From assembly GCA_028279045.1 (NCBI GenBank), contig JANQSZ010000022.1, positions 16,388-80,387 of the forward strand: a stretch of 64,000 bases of DNA. Reading direction: 5' to 3'. This DNA comes from Candidatus Nanoarchaeia archaeon (GTDB lineage Archaea > Nanobdellota > Nanobdellia > Woesearchaeales > UBA10216). The notes beneath the pieces are model-generated. The model ran no database searches. It was not told where the DNA came from and saw only the letters and a list, made by a program, of their open reading frames with translations. Below, one piece after another: positions 30,506-40,599 of the stretch. Made by a program: the position numbers and the translations under genes. The first letter of the stretch is position 1; each line of letters begins with the position of its first letter.

Positions 30506-31098
30506 TTTCTTTTCCACATATCGCCGTCTTTTACCAATTCGCCTTCGCTGGCAAATTGTTCAAGGAACTTTTCTAAATCTTCAGTTCCAATGCCAACAAT
30601 TTTTGAGAGCTCGCCGGTGGATCTTGGATTTTCAACGGCAATGAGAATAGAATTTTTTAACATACGCGCTGCGTTTCGCTCAAGGATGTCGTTTCTTGCT
30701 GTTTTTTGTTTAAGCAAAAAATCTACGCGATGCAGACGGTCCATCAAATCATTTAACAAATTAGAAATATCTGTATTTGAAATTTCTAAATGTTCAGGAG
30801 AAGCAATTTCGATCGAGGAAGGCATATATTCGAAGCACAACATGACGAGAGAATCATAACTCTTTACGAGTAGTTCGATTTCAGCGAACGTGCTGAATAT
30901 TTTATCGCTACCTTCCTGAAGTTCTGGCTCGTGCAGCTTCTTATCGCGAACGTCATAATGGCTATCTTCGCTCATTTGAGTTATGAGGGTTTGCATTGTC
31001 TTTTCCACGTGTTCTTTTGGAGCTCCGACAATCTGTAATACGATGTTTGTATGCAGCCATCCTTGGGCTACAAGTTCATTTATGTCTTCCATGCTCAT
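30502..31098 (-). CDS. conserved hypothetical protein with a C-terminal wHTH-like segment
   Basis: IVGAPKEHVEKT, FSTFAEIEL and CFEYMPSSIEI; translationally coupled to scpB. Confidence 0.7.
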   Translation of the reverse strand: MSMEDINELVAQGWLHTNIVLQIVGAPKEHVEKTMQTLITQMSEDSHYDVRDKKLHEPELQEGSDKIFSTFAEIELLVKSYDSLVMLCFEYMPSSIEIASPEHLEISNTDISNLLNDLMDRLHRVDFLLKQKTARNDILERNAARMLKNSILIAVENPRSTGELSKIVGIGTEDLEKFLEQFASEGELVKDGDMWKRK

Positions 31099-31291
31099 TG
31101 AGGCGGTCTGCTGATTTAAATAGGTTTCTTTGGGTCAAGAGAAGAATATTGAAGACTAGAAGAGTGCTTATTATTAGATGCGGAAAAATCTGGGAAAGGC
31201 CAGAAGAATAGAAAGACTGGGGAGTGGGTCGGATGTGTGGGATTGTGTTGAACAGCACGAAAGCTACAGCGATGGCAAGGAGATTTGACAT
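31076..31291 (-). CDS. small membrane protein
   Basis: 71 aa with two hydrophobic segments; overlaps the next gene. Confidence 0.4.
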   Translation of the reverse strand: MSNLLAIAVAFVLFNTIPHIRPTPQSFYSSGLSQIFPHLIISTLLVFNILLLTQRNLFKSADRLNEHGRHK

Positions 31292-31388
31292 GGCCTTCTA
31301 AACGTGAGCGCTTTCTTAAACTATAGGGCAGAATGTTCGGAAATTCACGAAAGAAATCTTAATAAAGATGGCGAATGACGTGAATTCT

Positions 31389-31898
31389 ATGAGTGAAAAA
31401 GCAAAGGAAATGATCGATATTGTCGATGATGATGACAACGTCATTGGAGAAGGGGAGTTAGTGAGTGTTGTTACCTCTGGCAAAATCTTTCGGGCAGCGC
31501 GGGTCGTTGTCATTAATAGTAGAGGGGAATTTGTTGTCCATAAAAGAAATCCCGACATGATCGTGTTCCCTGGACATTTTGATATTGGCGCTGCAGGAAT
31601 TGTGAATGCTGGTGAAGACTATAAACAAGCAGCAGAACGAGAACTAGAAGAAGAACTGGGAATTGCAGGAGTTGAGCTGACTCATTTTATTTCATTCAAA
31701 GCGCGAGGTAGGCGAAACCTTAATGTGCAAGGCTTTTGGTGTAAATACGACGGACCCCTCAAAATACAACCAGAAGAAATTACAGAAGCGTCTTTTATGA
31801 GTATTGAAGACGTACAAAGCATTATTGCTGATCAACCATTTCATCCTGGAGGGAAATTTGTGTTCGAACGGTGTGTAGAGGAAAAATGTTATCAGTGA
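31389..31898 (+). CDS. Nudix hydrolase (IPP-isomerase-like/YfcD-like)
   Basis: Nudix box GIVNAGEDYKQAAERELEEELG. Confidence 0.85.
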   Translation: MSEKAKEMIDIVDDDDNVIGEGELVSVVTSGKIFRAARVVVINSRGEFVVHKRNPDMIVFPGHFDIGAAGIVNAGEDYKQAAERELEEELGIAGVELTHFISFKARGRRNLNVQGFWCKYDGPLKIQPEEITEASFMSIEDVQSIIADQPFHPGGKFVFERCVEEKCYQ

Positions 31899-32791
31899 AC
31901 TTGTGCGGAATTGAAATGAGGAACCCCACTATGCTAGCATCGGGAGTCATGGGGGTATCAGGAGCGTCGCTCAAATATGTTAGTGAGAATGGTGCTGGCG
32001 CTGTTGTATCTAAATCAATTGGGCCTGAAGAGCGGAAAGGGCACCCAAACCCCGTGCTGGCGGAATTCAAAGGAGGATTCTTGAATGCTGTCGGTCTACC
32101 GAATGCAGGTGTTGAAAATTCTCTTGGAGAACTGGAGTTTGCACAAAAAAATGCATCCTGCCCGGTTATTGTTAGTGTGTTTGGCGGATCAAAAGATGAG
32201 TTTGTTGACGTTGCGGTTAAGGCGAACAGTATCGGGCCTCCAATGATAGAGCTGGACCTTTCCTGTCCAAACACTGAAGTTGATTTTGGAAAACCTTTTG
32301 CAACGAGCTGTGATGATGCAGCGTATATTATTAGAGAGATCAAGCAACGCATCTCAACACCTATCATGGCAAAGCTTGCACCAAACGTTCCAAATCTTGC
32401 AGAAATAGCAAAAGCATGCGAGGATGCGGGCGCTGATGCGATAAGTGCTGTTAACACAATGCCCGGCATGCTGATTGATATTGAAACGAAGAAACCTGTT
32501 TTGTACAACAAATCCGGCGGAGTGAGCGGACCTGCATTGCACCCGATTGCTGTAAAATGCGTGTATGATATATCTCGAACTGTAAAAATTCCTGTGGTTG
32601 GAATTGGTGGAGTAACGACGGGAAAAGATGCACTCCAGATGATGATGGCAGGTGCTACCGCAGTTCAAATCGGGACGGCGATATATTATCGAGGGATCGA
32701 CGTATTTAGACAAGTGTGTGAAGAAATGGAAACGTACTTGAAGGAAAATAATTATTCGAGCATTAATGAGATAATTGGAGCTGCACACTGA
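31886..32791 (+). CDS. pyrD: dihydroorotate dehydrogenase 1B catalytic subunit
   Basis: NAVGLPNAG, LSCPNT, KLAPN, GGVSG and VQIGTA. Confidence 0.95.
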   Translation: MLSVNLCGIEMRNPTMLASGVMGVSGASLKYVSENGAGAVVSKSIGPEERKGHPNPVLAEFKGGFLNAVGLPNAGVENSLGELEFAQKNASCPVIVSVFGGSKDEFVDVAVKANSIGPPMIELDLSCPNTEVDFGKPFATSCDDAAYIIREIKQRISTPIMAKLAPNVPNLAEIAKACEDAGADAISAVNTMPGMLIDIETKKPVLYNKSGGVSGPALHPIAVKCVYDISRTVKIPVVGIGGVTTGKDALQMMMAGATAVQIGTAIYYRGIDVFRQVCEEMETYLKENNYSSINEIIGAAH

Positions 32792-33576
32792 TGGAATATC
32801 CTAAAATGGTTACTGTAGATCGTGTTGAAGATGAAGCAGCAGGAATCAAAAACATATTCTTTAAGCATGATTTGCAAGCTAAGCCAGGGCAATTCGTTAT
32901 GGCATGGCTACCTGACATGGATGAGAAACCGTTTGCTGTTGGTTTTCAAACTGCCGAGGAATTCGGGTTAACTGTTTCTGCAGTCGGACCATTCTCCAAT
33001 ACGTTTAGTCAAGTAAAACCAGGAGATCGCGTCGGGATTCGGGGGCCGTATGGAACGGGATACAAGCTGGAAGGTAAGAAGCTCGTTATGGTCGGTGGAG
33101 GTTATGGTACTGCATCACTAGCGCTGCTTGCAGACCACGCACTGCAACAAGGATGTGAGATTACATTCATCGTCGGTGCGCGATCGAAAGACCTTCTTGT
33201 GTATACCGAACGCATCAAACAAATGGGATGTACACTTATCACCACAACCAACGACGGAAGCGAAGGAATGCAAGGTTTTACAACAGATGCTCTTGAGAAA
33301 TTACTTTCAGAGCAGACGGTTGACAAAGTCTTTTCCTGTGGTCCTGAAAAAATGCTGTTGAAAGTAGCAGAAGTTTGTAATGGTAAAGTTTCCTGTGAAG
33401 TGAGCTTGGAGAGATACATGAAATGCGGCTTTGGGATTTGCGGGCATTGTTGTGTAGATCCTATCGGGATACGACTTTGCGTCGAAGGACCTGTTGTTCC
33501 TGGAGAAACAGCGCTGAAAATCACAGAACTTGGGAATTATCACCGCGTACAATCCAGTAGGAAAGAAACACTATGA
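32791..33576 (+). CDS. pyrK: dihydroorotate dehydrogenase electron transfer subunit
   Basis: PGQFVM, RGPYG, GGGYG, CGPE and MKCGFGICGHC. Confidence 0.93.
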   Translation: MEYPKMVTVDRVEDEAAGIKNIFFKHDLQAKPGQFVMAWLPDMDEKPFAVGFQTAEEFGLTVSAVGPFSNTFSQVKPGDRVGIRGPYGTGYKLEGKKLVMVGGGYGTASLALLADHALQQGCEITFIVGARSKDLLVYTERIKQMGCTLITTTNDGSEGMQGFTTDALEKLLSEQTVDKVFSCGPEKMLLKVAEVCNGKVSCEVSLERYMKCGFGICGHCCVDPIGIRLCVEGPVVPGETALKITELGNYHRVQSSRKETL

Positions 33577-34844
33577 CATTACTTATACGAGGCGGAGAAG
33601 TATTTTTGGGAAATTTGCAGAAAAAGAACATTCTCATTGATAATGGGAAGATCGTTGACCTTGTTGATGATGAACCGCAAACCGATGATGTTATTGATGC
33701 AGATGGATTGATTATACTGCCGGGAGCTATAGACGCACACGTGCATTTTCGAGAACCAGGAAACACCGCAAAAGAAGACTTTCTAACAGGAAGTCAGGCT
33801 GCGGCAGCAGGCGGGGTTACAACTGTTCTTGACATGCCTAATAATAACCCACCTATAACAACTATCAAAGCGCTTGAAGAAAAAAGAAAACTTGCTGCCA
33901 AAAGTGTAGTTAATTTTGGATTGTTTATGGGTGCTACCGAAGATAATGCTGACGAGATTAAAGAAGCAAAGAACATACCCGGAGTTAAAATCTACATGGG
34001 ATCTTCGACCGGAAACTTGCTTGTTACAGATGATGAAGCGCTAAAACGAATATTTTCAACAGGAAAGCTTTGTGTTGTCCATGCTGAAGACGAAGATCTC
34101 ATGAAAGAAAACATGAAGGTGCACACAAAAAACCATGTATCTTCGCATGGAAAGATTCGAAACAGAGAGAGTGCGCAGAAAGCGCTCCTTCGCGCCATTG
34201 AGTTGAGCGGATCTGCCAAAATACATATTGCTCACATCAGCACTAAAGAAGAATTGGATGCAATTCGTAGGGCAAAACAGGTGAATGTAGCGATAAGTTG
34301 TGAAGTTACTCCACATCACTTGTTTTTGAGTGAAAAGGATACAGAACAATTGCTTAACTACGGGAAGATGAATCCCCCTCTCCGATCGGCAGAAGATGTA
34401 AGCTTGCTTTGGGAAGGACTTCGGGATGGAACCATTGATATTGTTGCAACCGACCACGCACCGCATTTGCGTGAAGAGAAAGATAAAGATTATTCAGACG
34501 CTCCCTCTGGAATTCCGGGAGTAGACACGATGTTACCCCTGCTGCTTGATTCGGTTCAGCAAGGAAGAATCTCATTGGAGCGTGTAGTGGAAGTAACATC
34601 ATCGGCTCCAGCTCGAATATTTGGGCTGAAGAAGGGAAAAATAGAAAAAGGCTACGATGCAGACCTGGTTTTAGTTGATATGAACAAGGAACAAATTGTT
34701 CGCCCTCGAAGTAAATGTGGGTGGAGCGCATTTGAAGGGCAGACGTTGAAAGGGTGGCCACAAATAACGCTCGTCAACGGACAAGTTGTGTTTGATGACG
34801 GGGAAACAGGAGAAACTCCTGCAAAGGAAGTGAATTTTATATGA
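33573..34844 (+). CDS. pyrC: dihydroorotase
   Basis: DAHVHFREPG, DMPN, CEVTPHHL, KMNPPLR and ATDHAPH. Confidence 0.94.
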   Translation: MTLLIRGGEVFLGNLQKKNILIDNGKIVDLVDDEPQTDDVIDADGLIILPGAIDAHVHFREPGNTAKEDFLTGSQAAAAGGVTTVLDMPNNNPPITTIKALEEKRKLAAKSVVNFGLFMGATEDNADEIKEAKNIPGVKIYMGSSTGNLLVTDDEALKRIFSTGKLCVVHAEDEDLMKENMKVHTKNHVSSHGKIRNRESAQKALLRAIELSGSAKIHIAHISTKEELDAIRRAKQVNVAISCEVTPHHLFLSEKDTEQLLNYGKMNPPLRSAEDVSLLWEGLRDGTIDIVATDHAPHLREEKDKDYSDAPSGIPGVDTMLPLLLDSVQQGRISLERVVEVTSSAPARIFGLKKGKIEKGYDADLVLVDMNKEQIVRPRSKCGWSAFEGQTLKGWPQITLVNGQVVFDDGETGETPAKEVNFI

Positions 34845-35470
34845 AAGAAGAAATCGCACGGACATTGTTGCAAGCAAATGCAGTGAGCATTAGAGTAGAT
34901 GAGCCGTACACCTTTTCGTCGGGGATCAAAAGCCCTATATATTGTGACAATAGAATTCTTATATCGAATCCTGAAAAACGAGAAGCAATTATCGGCGGAT
35001 ATCTGGAAGCACTTCAAGGGCTTTCGTTTGATGTCATAGCAGGTGTAAGTTCTGCTGGTGTTCCATGGGCAGCGTTTTTGGCCGATCGGTTGAACAAGCC
35101 GATGGTATATGTGCGGAAGAAAGCGAAAGAACACGGAAAAGTTAACCAAATTGAAGGAACTATTAAACCAGGGCAGCAAGTCGTGGTAATTGAAGACCTG
35201 GTTAGTAGCGGTGGAAGCTCATTGAACGCTGTGATAGCAGTTAGGGAAGCAGGAGGAATTGTCGACCACTGCGTAGCCATAGTTACGTATGAAATGGAAA
35301 CAGCGAAAAGTGCATTCTCCGAGGGAGCATGTATCCTTAAGACGCTCACAGATTTTAGTACACTCATGAATGTTGCAGAAGAAGATCATTCGATCTCATC
35401 AGAAGAGAAAGTGCTGGCGTTGGAATGGAATAAAAACCCACAAGAATGGAACGCCGCTGTTAATAATTAG
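34841..35470 (+). CDS. pyrE: orotate phosphoribosyltransferase
   Basis: SGIKSPIYCDNR, VRKKAKEHG and VIEDLVSSGGS. Confidence 0.95.
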   Translation: MKEEIARTLLQANAVSIRVDEPYTFSSGIKSPIYCDNRILISNPEKREAIIGGYLEALQGLSFDVIAGVSSAGVPWAAFLADRLNKPMVYVRKKAKEHGKVNQIEGTIKPGQQVVVIEDLVSSGGSSLNAVIAVREAGGIVDHCVAIVTYEMETAKSAFSEGACILKTLTDFSTLMNVAEEDHSISSEEKVLALEWNKNPQEWNAAVNN

Positions 35471-35480
35471 AGGTGGAAAT

Positions 35481-36047
35481 ATGAAATTAAAAATAGGTGT
35501 CATGGGACGATCACTCGAGAAACTTGATCCGAAACTACAGGCGCTTTGCTACGAAGTAGGAAAACAAATTGCACTCCACAATTGCATCTTGGTGAATGGA
35601 GCGTGCTTCGGCGTACCGTATGAATGCAGTAAGGGAGCGAAAGACGCTGATGGATTTGTTGTTGGCATATCACCGGCAATGAACGTGCAAGAGCACACTA
35701 TGCGTTACAAGTTTCCGACAGACATGTTTGATCTGATTGTTTATTCTGGGTATGGATTCAAAGGAAGAAATGTTCTGAATGTTAGTACAGCGGATATAGT
35801 ACTTGTAATCGGAGGTGCTTCTGGAACCTTGAATGAATTTAGTATTGCATACGACGACGGAAAAGTGATTGGCGTGCTTCTAGGAAGCGGCGGAATCACA
35901 GACCACTTGAAACACATCATTGAAGTTTGTAATAAGAATACAGGGGCAAAGATTGTCTATGATCGCGATCCACACAAACTGGTTTCGCGTGTACTTGAAG
36001 TATACAAAACTCACCAAGAAAAATATTCTGACACGTGTCCGCCATGA
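35481..36047 (+). CDS. LOG/SLOG-family Rossmann-fold nucleotide-binding protein
   Basis: NGACFGVP, GRNVLNV and GGASGTLNE; RBS gaggtgg before ATG 35481. Confidence 0.85.
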   Translation: MKLKIGVMGRSLEKLDPKLQALCYEVGKQIALHNCILVNGACFGVPYECSKGAKDADGFVVGISPAMNVQEHTMRYKFPTDMFDLIVYSGYGFKGRNVLNVSTADIVLVIGGASGTLNEFSIAYDDGKVIGVLLGSGGITDHLKHIIEVCNKNTGAKIVYDRDPHKLVSRVLEVYKTHQEKYSDTCPP

Positions 36048-36886
36048 ATTATACTGAACAACTCAAAGCGGCAGCACAAAACAATGGTAGCCTTATTTCT
36101 CTTGGGCTTGACCCTGTCCAGGAAAGACTTCCTGTGAAAGGGGAAATAGAAACTGCGATAACCGAATTTTATACTAAGCTGCTCGACGGAGTTTTGGCAG
36201 AGAATACATCAATAGGCTGCGTGAAACCAAACTATTCCTTCTACGCACAATATGGGTTTCCTGGATTGAGAGCGCTTCAATCAATCATTACGTTTTGTAG
36301 AGAAAGAAAACTTCCTGTAATACTGGATGCGAAACGGGCAGATATTGGAAAAACAAGTGAAGCGTCTGCACGAGAAGCGTTTGATTTTTGGAAAGGGGAT
36401 GCCGTTACGATAGCACCCTACATGGGGAGCGATAGTGTCATGCCATTCATTAATTACAGCAGCCAGGGAAAAGGAGCATACATTCTTGTGCGCACTTCCA
36501 ACGTTGGTGCGGTAGACTTGCAGAATTTGACTGTTGACAACGAACCGTTGTACTTGAAAACAGCTGCAAAAGTTGTTGAGTGGCATCAACCGGGGACGGG
36601 TGCGGTAGTTGGAGCTACATACCCTGAGGAACTGCGGGCTATTGCAGATTACTTTGCGCAATCAGGGAAAGAAATACCTTTGCTCATTCCAGGGGTTGGA
36701 GCGCAAGGAGGATCTGCAGCAGACGTTGTGAATGCACTGCGGCAATCAGGAAGTGATCTGAGCATGCATCGAATTAACAGCAGTTCGGCAATCAACTATG
36801 CGTATGAAAAAGAAAGTACAGATGACTTTGTTGGGGCAGCGATAAAAGCTGTGAGCTCGCTGAACAGCGAGATAGGATTTAAATAG
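36044..36886 (+). CDS. pyrF: orotidine-5'-phosphate decarboxylase (subfamily 2)
   Basis: GLDP, KPN, DAKRADIGKT, VVGAT, LLIPGVGAQGG and NSSS. Confidence 0.94.
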   Translation: MNYTEQLKAAAQNNGSLISLGLDPVQERLPVKGEIETAITEFYTKLLDGVLAENTSIGCVKPNYSFYAQYGFPGLRALQSIITFCRERKLPVILDAKRADIGKTSEASAREAFDFWKGDAVTIAPYMGSDSVMPFINYSSQGKGAYILVRTSNVGAVDLQNLTVDNEPLYLKTAAKVVEWHQPGTGAVVGATYPEELRAIADYFAQSGKEIPLLIPGVGAQGGSAADVVNALRQSGSDLSMHRINSSSAINYAYEKESTDDFVGAAIKAVSSLNSEIGFK

Positions 36887-36906
36887 GCTGCTTGAATTCT
36901 TATTGT

Positions 36907-37461
36907 ATGGAAAAAGTAATACCAGATGACTTCGACCCAGAGCCAAAAGAGCCAGGTCGAATGCAGAAATTCTTTGACAGACTTGCGTATATAGTCATGA
37001 CACTTGTTCTGCTATTCTTGTTTTTGAGTTTCTTAGTACCAGGGGAAGGATTTCTGAGCTTTCTTGCTGGGATTAGCGCGAGTTCCACGTTAGACGATTT
37101 ACAAGTTGATACTAAACGAGGGGGAATTGTTACGTTCCAAGAAGATGCATATGTACAGCTGCTTGAAATTTATAACACGGAACAGGAACACGAATTCAAA
37201 GTGTGTTTGCAAGGCGAAAGAAATGGTGATGACTTCCTGGTTACGGGGTTGACGGTGCCGGTCATCTATGACCAGACTGTGTTTAGTGTTCACTCCGCTC
37301 GATGCCCGGCAGAAACAATCATACCGTTGCATAGTCATCCCTTCCGGCGGTGCATCCCATCTGAACAAGACTTGAGATCACAAGAATCTTTCTCGAGAAC
37401 AAACCCTGAGTCACTGGGCGCGTTGATGTGTGAGAAAGACCGATTTACGTTCTATGGTTAA
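36907..37461 (+). CDS. membrane-anchored JAMM/MPN-motif protein
   Basis: single TM helix, then E...HSHPFRRCIPSEQD, matching E-xn-HxH-x7-S-x2-D. Confidence 0.7.
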   Translation: MEKVIPDDFDPEPKEPGRMQKFFDRLAYIVMTLVLLFLFLSFLVPGEGFLSFLAGISASSTLDDLQVDTKRGGIVTFQEDAYVQLLEIYNTEQEHEFKVCLQGERNGDDFLVTGLTVPVIYDQTVFSVHSARCPAETIIPLHSHPFRRCIPSEQDLRSQESFSRTNPESLGALMCEKDRFTFYG

Positions 37462-38343
37462 CTACATATTTCGCAATCGCTTGATCCGATCTTCGATTGG
37501 CGGATGAGTAGAAAACAGGTTTGAGAAACTCTTCTTCGAAATAGGAGAAGAGATAAACAGATGTGCTGCTGCCCTGTTTGATGATTCAATACGAGGGTCA
37601 GGATCGTTCTTGATTTTTTCCAAGGCTGCTGCAAGCCCTTCAGGATAGCGCGTCATGACCGCACCGGAAGCATCGGCGAGATATTCTCTTTTCCTGCTTA
37701 GTGCAAGTTTAATGAGGTTCGCTATAACAGGAGAGAGAACAATGAGCACTAAAGCTATGATAATAAGTGCAGGATGACCACCGCGATCATCCCGCCTTCC
37801 GAATATCATGGAATACCAGAGGAAATCTGCGAGGAGTAAGATGACACCAACCAGAGCTATTGTTACCATCAAGAAACGGATGTCGTAATTCTTGATATGA
37901 GACATCTCGTGAGCAATTACCCCTTCGAGTTCTTGACGATTGAGTTTCTGGAGCAATCCTGTGGTAACGGTAATGCTTGCGTGCTCAGGGTCTCTTCCCG
38001 TAGCGAATGCGTTCAACGCAGAGTCATTAATGACATATGCTTTTGGCTTGGGAATTCCTGCAGCTATCGCAAGTCCATCGATTGTGTGGAACAGATGCGG
38101 GTATTCCTGCTTTGTAACTTGCTTGGCGCCGGTCATCTGTAAGATCATTTTGTCGCCGGTGGACAAACTGATGACAGCGTAGATTGCAGATGCTATAACC
38201 GCGAGCACTGCGCCTGGAATCCAGGAACCGTACATAATGTATGTGAATGCTCCTCCAATAACGCCTGTGAAGGCGATGAAGAGACTCATAATTACATTAG
38301 ACTTAAGCTTGTTTGAACGGACTTGACTAAATGCACTTTTCAT
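37462..38343 (-). CDS. htpX: M48 zinc metalloprotease HtpX
   Basis: NAFATG, AHEMSH, SRKREYLAD and STHPPIEDRI. Confidence 0.94.
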   Translation of the reverse strand: MKSAFSQVRSNKLKSNVIMSLFIAFTGVIGGAFTYIMYGSWIPGAVLAVIASAIYAVISLSTGDKMILQMTGAKQVTKQEYPHLFHTIDGLAIAAGIPKPKAYVINDSALNAFATGRDPEHASITVTTGLLQKLNRQELEGVIAHEMSHIKNYDIRFLMVTIALVGVILLLADFLWYSMIFGRRDDRGGHPALIIIALVLIVLSPVIANLIKLALSRKREYLADASGAVMTRYPEGLAAALEKIKNDPDPRIESSNRAAAHLFISSPISKKSFSNLFSTHPPIEDRIKRLRNM

Positions 38344-38345
38344 GA

Positions 38346-38897
38346 TCAGAACTTAACTTTGACGTTTTTCTTCTCAGCAGGAGTGGCCTCGAAAGACTTT
38401 TCCTCTGTAAAGTTAAACATGTTAGCGAAAATGTTACCAGGAACCTGCTGGATTCTGTTGTTGTACAGCATCACCATGTCATTATAGTGCTGGCGTGCAT
38501 ACGCAATCTTGTTTTCAGTGCCTGCAATTTCTTCCTGGAGTTGGAGGAAATTTTGATTTGCCTTCAAATCAGGATAGTTCTCTGAAACTGCGAACAAGGA
38601 TTTTAGAGTGTCAGAAAGCATGTTGGATGCTTTTCCTTTTTCTTGGACTGAGCTGGCTTTCATTACTGCTGACCGCGCTTCTGTTACGTTTTCCAGCAAC
38701 TTTTTCTCGTGCTTAGCGTAGCCCTTAACGGTTTCAACCAAATTTGGAATCAGGTCGTTCCGTCGCTTGAGTTGGACGTCTATCTGAGCAAGACTGTTTT
38801 TTACTTCGTTGCGAACACGGATCAGACTGTTGTAGATGTACCCAATAAACAAGAGTACAAACAATCCTATTCCTGCTCCTATCCAAACAAGTACCAT
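38346..38897 (-). CDS. lemA: LemA family protein
   Basis: [20 protein letters not shown] and [12 protein letters not shown]. Confidence 0.94.
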   Translation of the reverse strand: MVLVWIGAGIGLFVLLFIGYIYNSLIRVRNEVKNSLAQIDVQLKRRNDLIPNLVETVKGYAKHEKKLLENVTEARSAVMKASSVQEKGKASNMLSDTLKSLFAVSENYPDLKANQNFLQLQEEIAGTENKIAYARQHYNDMVMLYNNRIQQVPGNIFANMFNFTEEKSFEATPAEKKNVKVKF

Positions 38898-38922
38898 ACA
38901 ACGCATGAAAGAAGCTCGTCTT

Positions 38923-39552
38923 TTAAATATTGTGTTTAGTGAACAGTTCAAGAAGTTCCTGAGGGGAATGAGCTAGGTGAGTTGGCTTTGCTGAGCTGAG
39001 GAGCCGTTCGCTGTGATATCCCCAAGTAGCTGCAATAGTTACTACGCCGGCTTGATTTCCTTCAGCGATGTCGCTTACAGTATCTCCAATGAAATAGAAT
39101 TGAGACTCTGGGTAATCTTGTTTAAGATGGTCAATCTTTTCTGCTTTGCTTTGATGAAGATCCCCACCAAACACCTCTGAAAAATGATTTATGTTTTCCT
39201 GCTTGAGTTTTCTTTTAATTGCTTCGGTTATATTTGAAGAAATAATGAAAAGTTTGGCGTTTTGGGAAAGAACGTGGATCGCTTGCTGAATGCCAGCAAA
39301 TACTGCTGCGTTGTTTTCGTGATATTCTTGACGGAGGTGCCACTCGTCATCGCTCTGGAGAATTTCTTGATCTGACATGCCTTCTTGGCGTAGAACATCA
39401 TAGAAATTCTTGGTGAACAGATTCACAAACTCCTCGTGGGTCTCTGCGCGCTTCAAACCGTACTTGCCATGAAAATGCTCGTTGTAAATTTTACGGTTTC
39501 GCTCCGCAGAATCGACGATAACACCGTCGAAATCAAAGATTATTATTTTCAT
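38923..39552 (-). CDS. HAD-superfamily phosphatase
   Basis: [14 protein letters not shown] and FIGDTVSD. Confidence 0.9.
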   Translation of the reverse strand: MKIIIFDFDGVIVDSAERNRKIYNEHFHGKYGLKRAETHEEFVNLFTKNFYDVLRQEGMSDQEILQSDDEWHLRQEYHENNAAVFAGIQQAIHVLSQNAKLFIISSNITEAIKRKLKQENINHFSEVFGGDLHQSKAEKIDHLKQDYPESQFYFIGDTVSDIAEGNQAGVVTIAATWGYHSERLLSSAKPTHLAHSPQELLELFTKHNI

Positions 39553-39553
39553 G

Positions 39554-39799
39554 CTATTCCTTAGGATACAATTCTCGAAGCTTTTCAACTAAATTCCTTT
39601 CAGCAAAAACTACAACATAATCCTGTAGGTTAGAATCAGCTTCTACGCTTCTGTAGTGTTCTATGTACATTCCCACTATTTCTTCTTCAGTACTTCCAGG
39701 GAAATTGACTGTGTTTCCCATCGCAAACCTTTCAGCTCGCTCCTCTAGTTCGTCAAGAGGTAACCGTTCGGTTCGTACCTCGACTGGTTCAGCGCTCAT
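39554..39799 (-). CDS. small hypothetical protein
   Basis: acidic 81-aa ORF in the same run; C-terminal DYVVVFAERN. Confidence 0.5.
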   Translation of the reverse strand: MSAEPVEVRTERLPLDELEERAERFAMGNTVNFPGSTEEEIVGMYIEHYRSVEADSNLQDYVVVFAERNLVEKLRELYPKE

Positions 39800-39830
39800 G
39801 CTCAAAAGAGAAGTTTTCGATTATATATTC

Positions 39831-40535
39831 TTATTCATTCACCAAGTAGGCATAGGAAACAGAATGGTTTTTCTCGAGAGATTTGAGAGCGGATTTTGTT
39901 ATAAAGAGCGCGAAAATGCCCGCGACGTCAGCCTTTGCCTGGCTGCAAATAGATGTGAGAGCGTTGAATGTTGAGCCGCCTCGGATAACATCATCAACAA
40001 TGAGAACGTGATCGTTTTTCTTAAGTAAGTTCTTAGGGATGTAAAATGGAGATCGTATTGGTTTTTCAGAGGTTGAAATGGAAGCGTAGTGGCCTGCAGT
40101 GGTGATTTCTTGAATTTGCTTTGCGTACACCATCTGAACTCCCAGTAGTTGAGCAATTGACTGTGCAGGGGGTATTCCGTCGACAGCGGCAGTGAACACC
40201 TTGGATACTTTGGGAAATTTCTTCGCTGCTTTGTGTGCTATGACTGAGAGAAGAAATGGTTGAGATAGAATATCTGCGGTTACGATATACTTGTTGTTTT
40301 TTGGTACAGCGGCTTCCAGAATTCTTGAAAGATAATTTTTTTCAAATACTGTAATAATCTGATCTGCGCGTTCCTGTTTGGGAAGTACGTAGCCATTAAT
40401 GTAGCGGTTGAGGACACCTGCTGGAAGTTTTAGTTCCTGCGAAAGCTGCCGAAATGTGCGTACTCCTTTCATGGATCTTAAGCAATCCACAGCAAGCAGT
40501 TTGTTTCGTGCCTCCTCAGTTGCAGCTGTTGGCAT
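39831..40535 (-). CDS. HTH-phosphoribosyltransferase fusion, putative purine operon regulator (PurR-like)
   Basis: RTFRQLSQELKLPAGVLNRYINGYVLP (HTH) plus the PRPP loop VLIVDDVIRGGST; divergent from purA; start set at ATG 40535. Confidence 0.8.
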   Translation of the reverse strand: MPTAATEEARNKLLAVDCLRSMKGVRTFRQLSQELKLPAGVLNRYINGYVLPKQERADQIITVFEKNYLSRILEAAVPKNNKYIVTADILSQPFLLSVIAHKAAKKFPKVSKVFTAAVDGIPPAQSIAQLLGVQMVYAKQIQEITTAGHYASISTSEKPIRSPFYIPKNLLKKNDHVLIVDDVIRGGSTFNALTSICSQAKADVAGIFALFITKSALKSLEKNHSVSYAYLVNE

Positions 40536-40547
40536 TGTTACAGAGGA

Positions 40548-40566
40548 GTGTACAAAACCTATATAA
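40548..40566. promoter_or_regulatory. candidate operator GTGTACAAAAC plus TATA box in the regulator/purA divergent promoter
   Basis: 11-mer at 40548-40558 is identical to 43721-43731; tatataa follows directly. Confidence 0.6.
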
Positions 40567-40599
40567 GGATTTGTCATTTGCGACACACTCTTGGTGTGA

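Noticed and set aside
31822..32511. 229-aa minus-strand ORF and similar long antisense ORFs throughout the window
   Set aside because: Fully antisense to well-supported genes such as pyrD; explained by codon-bias shadows
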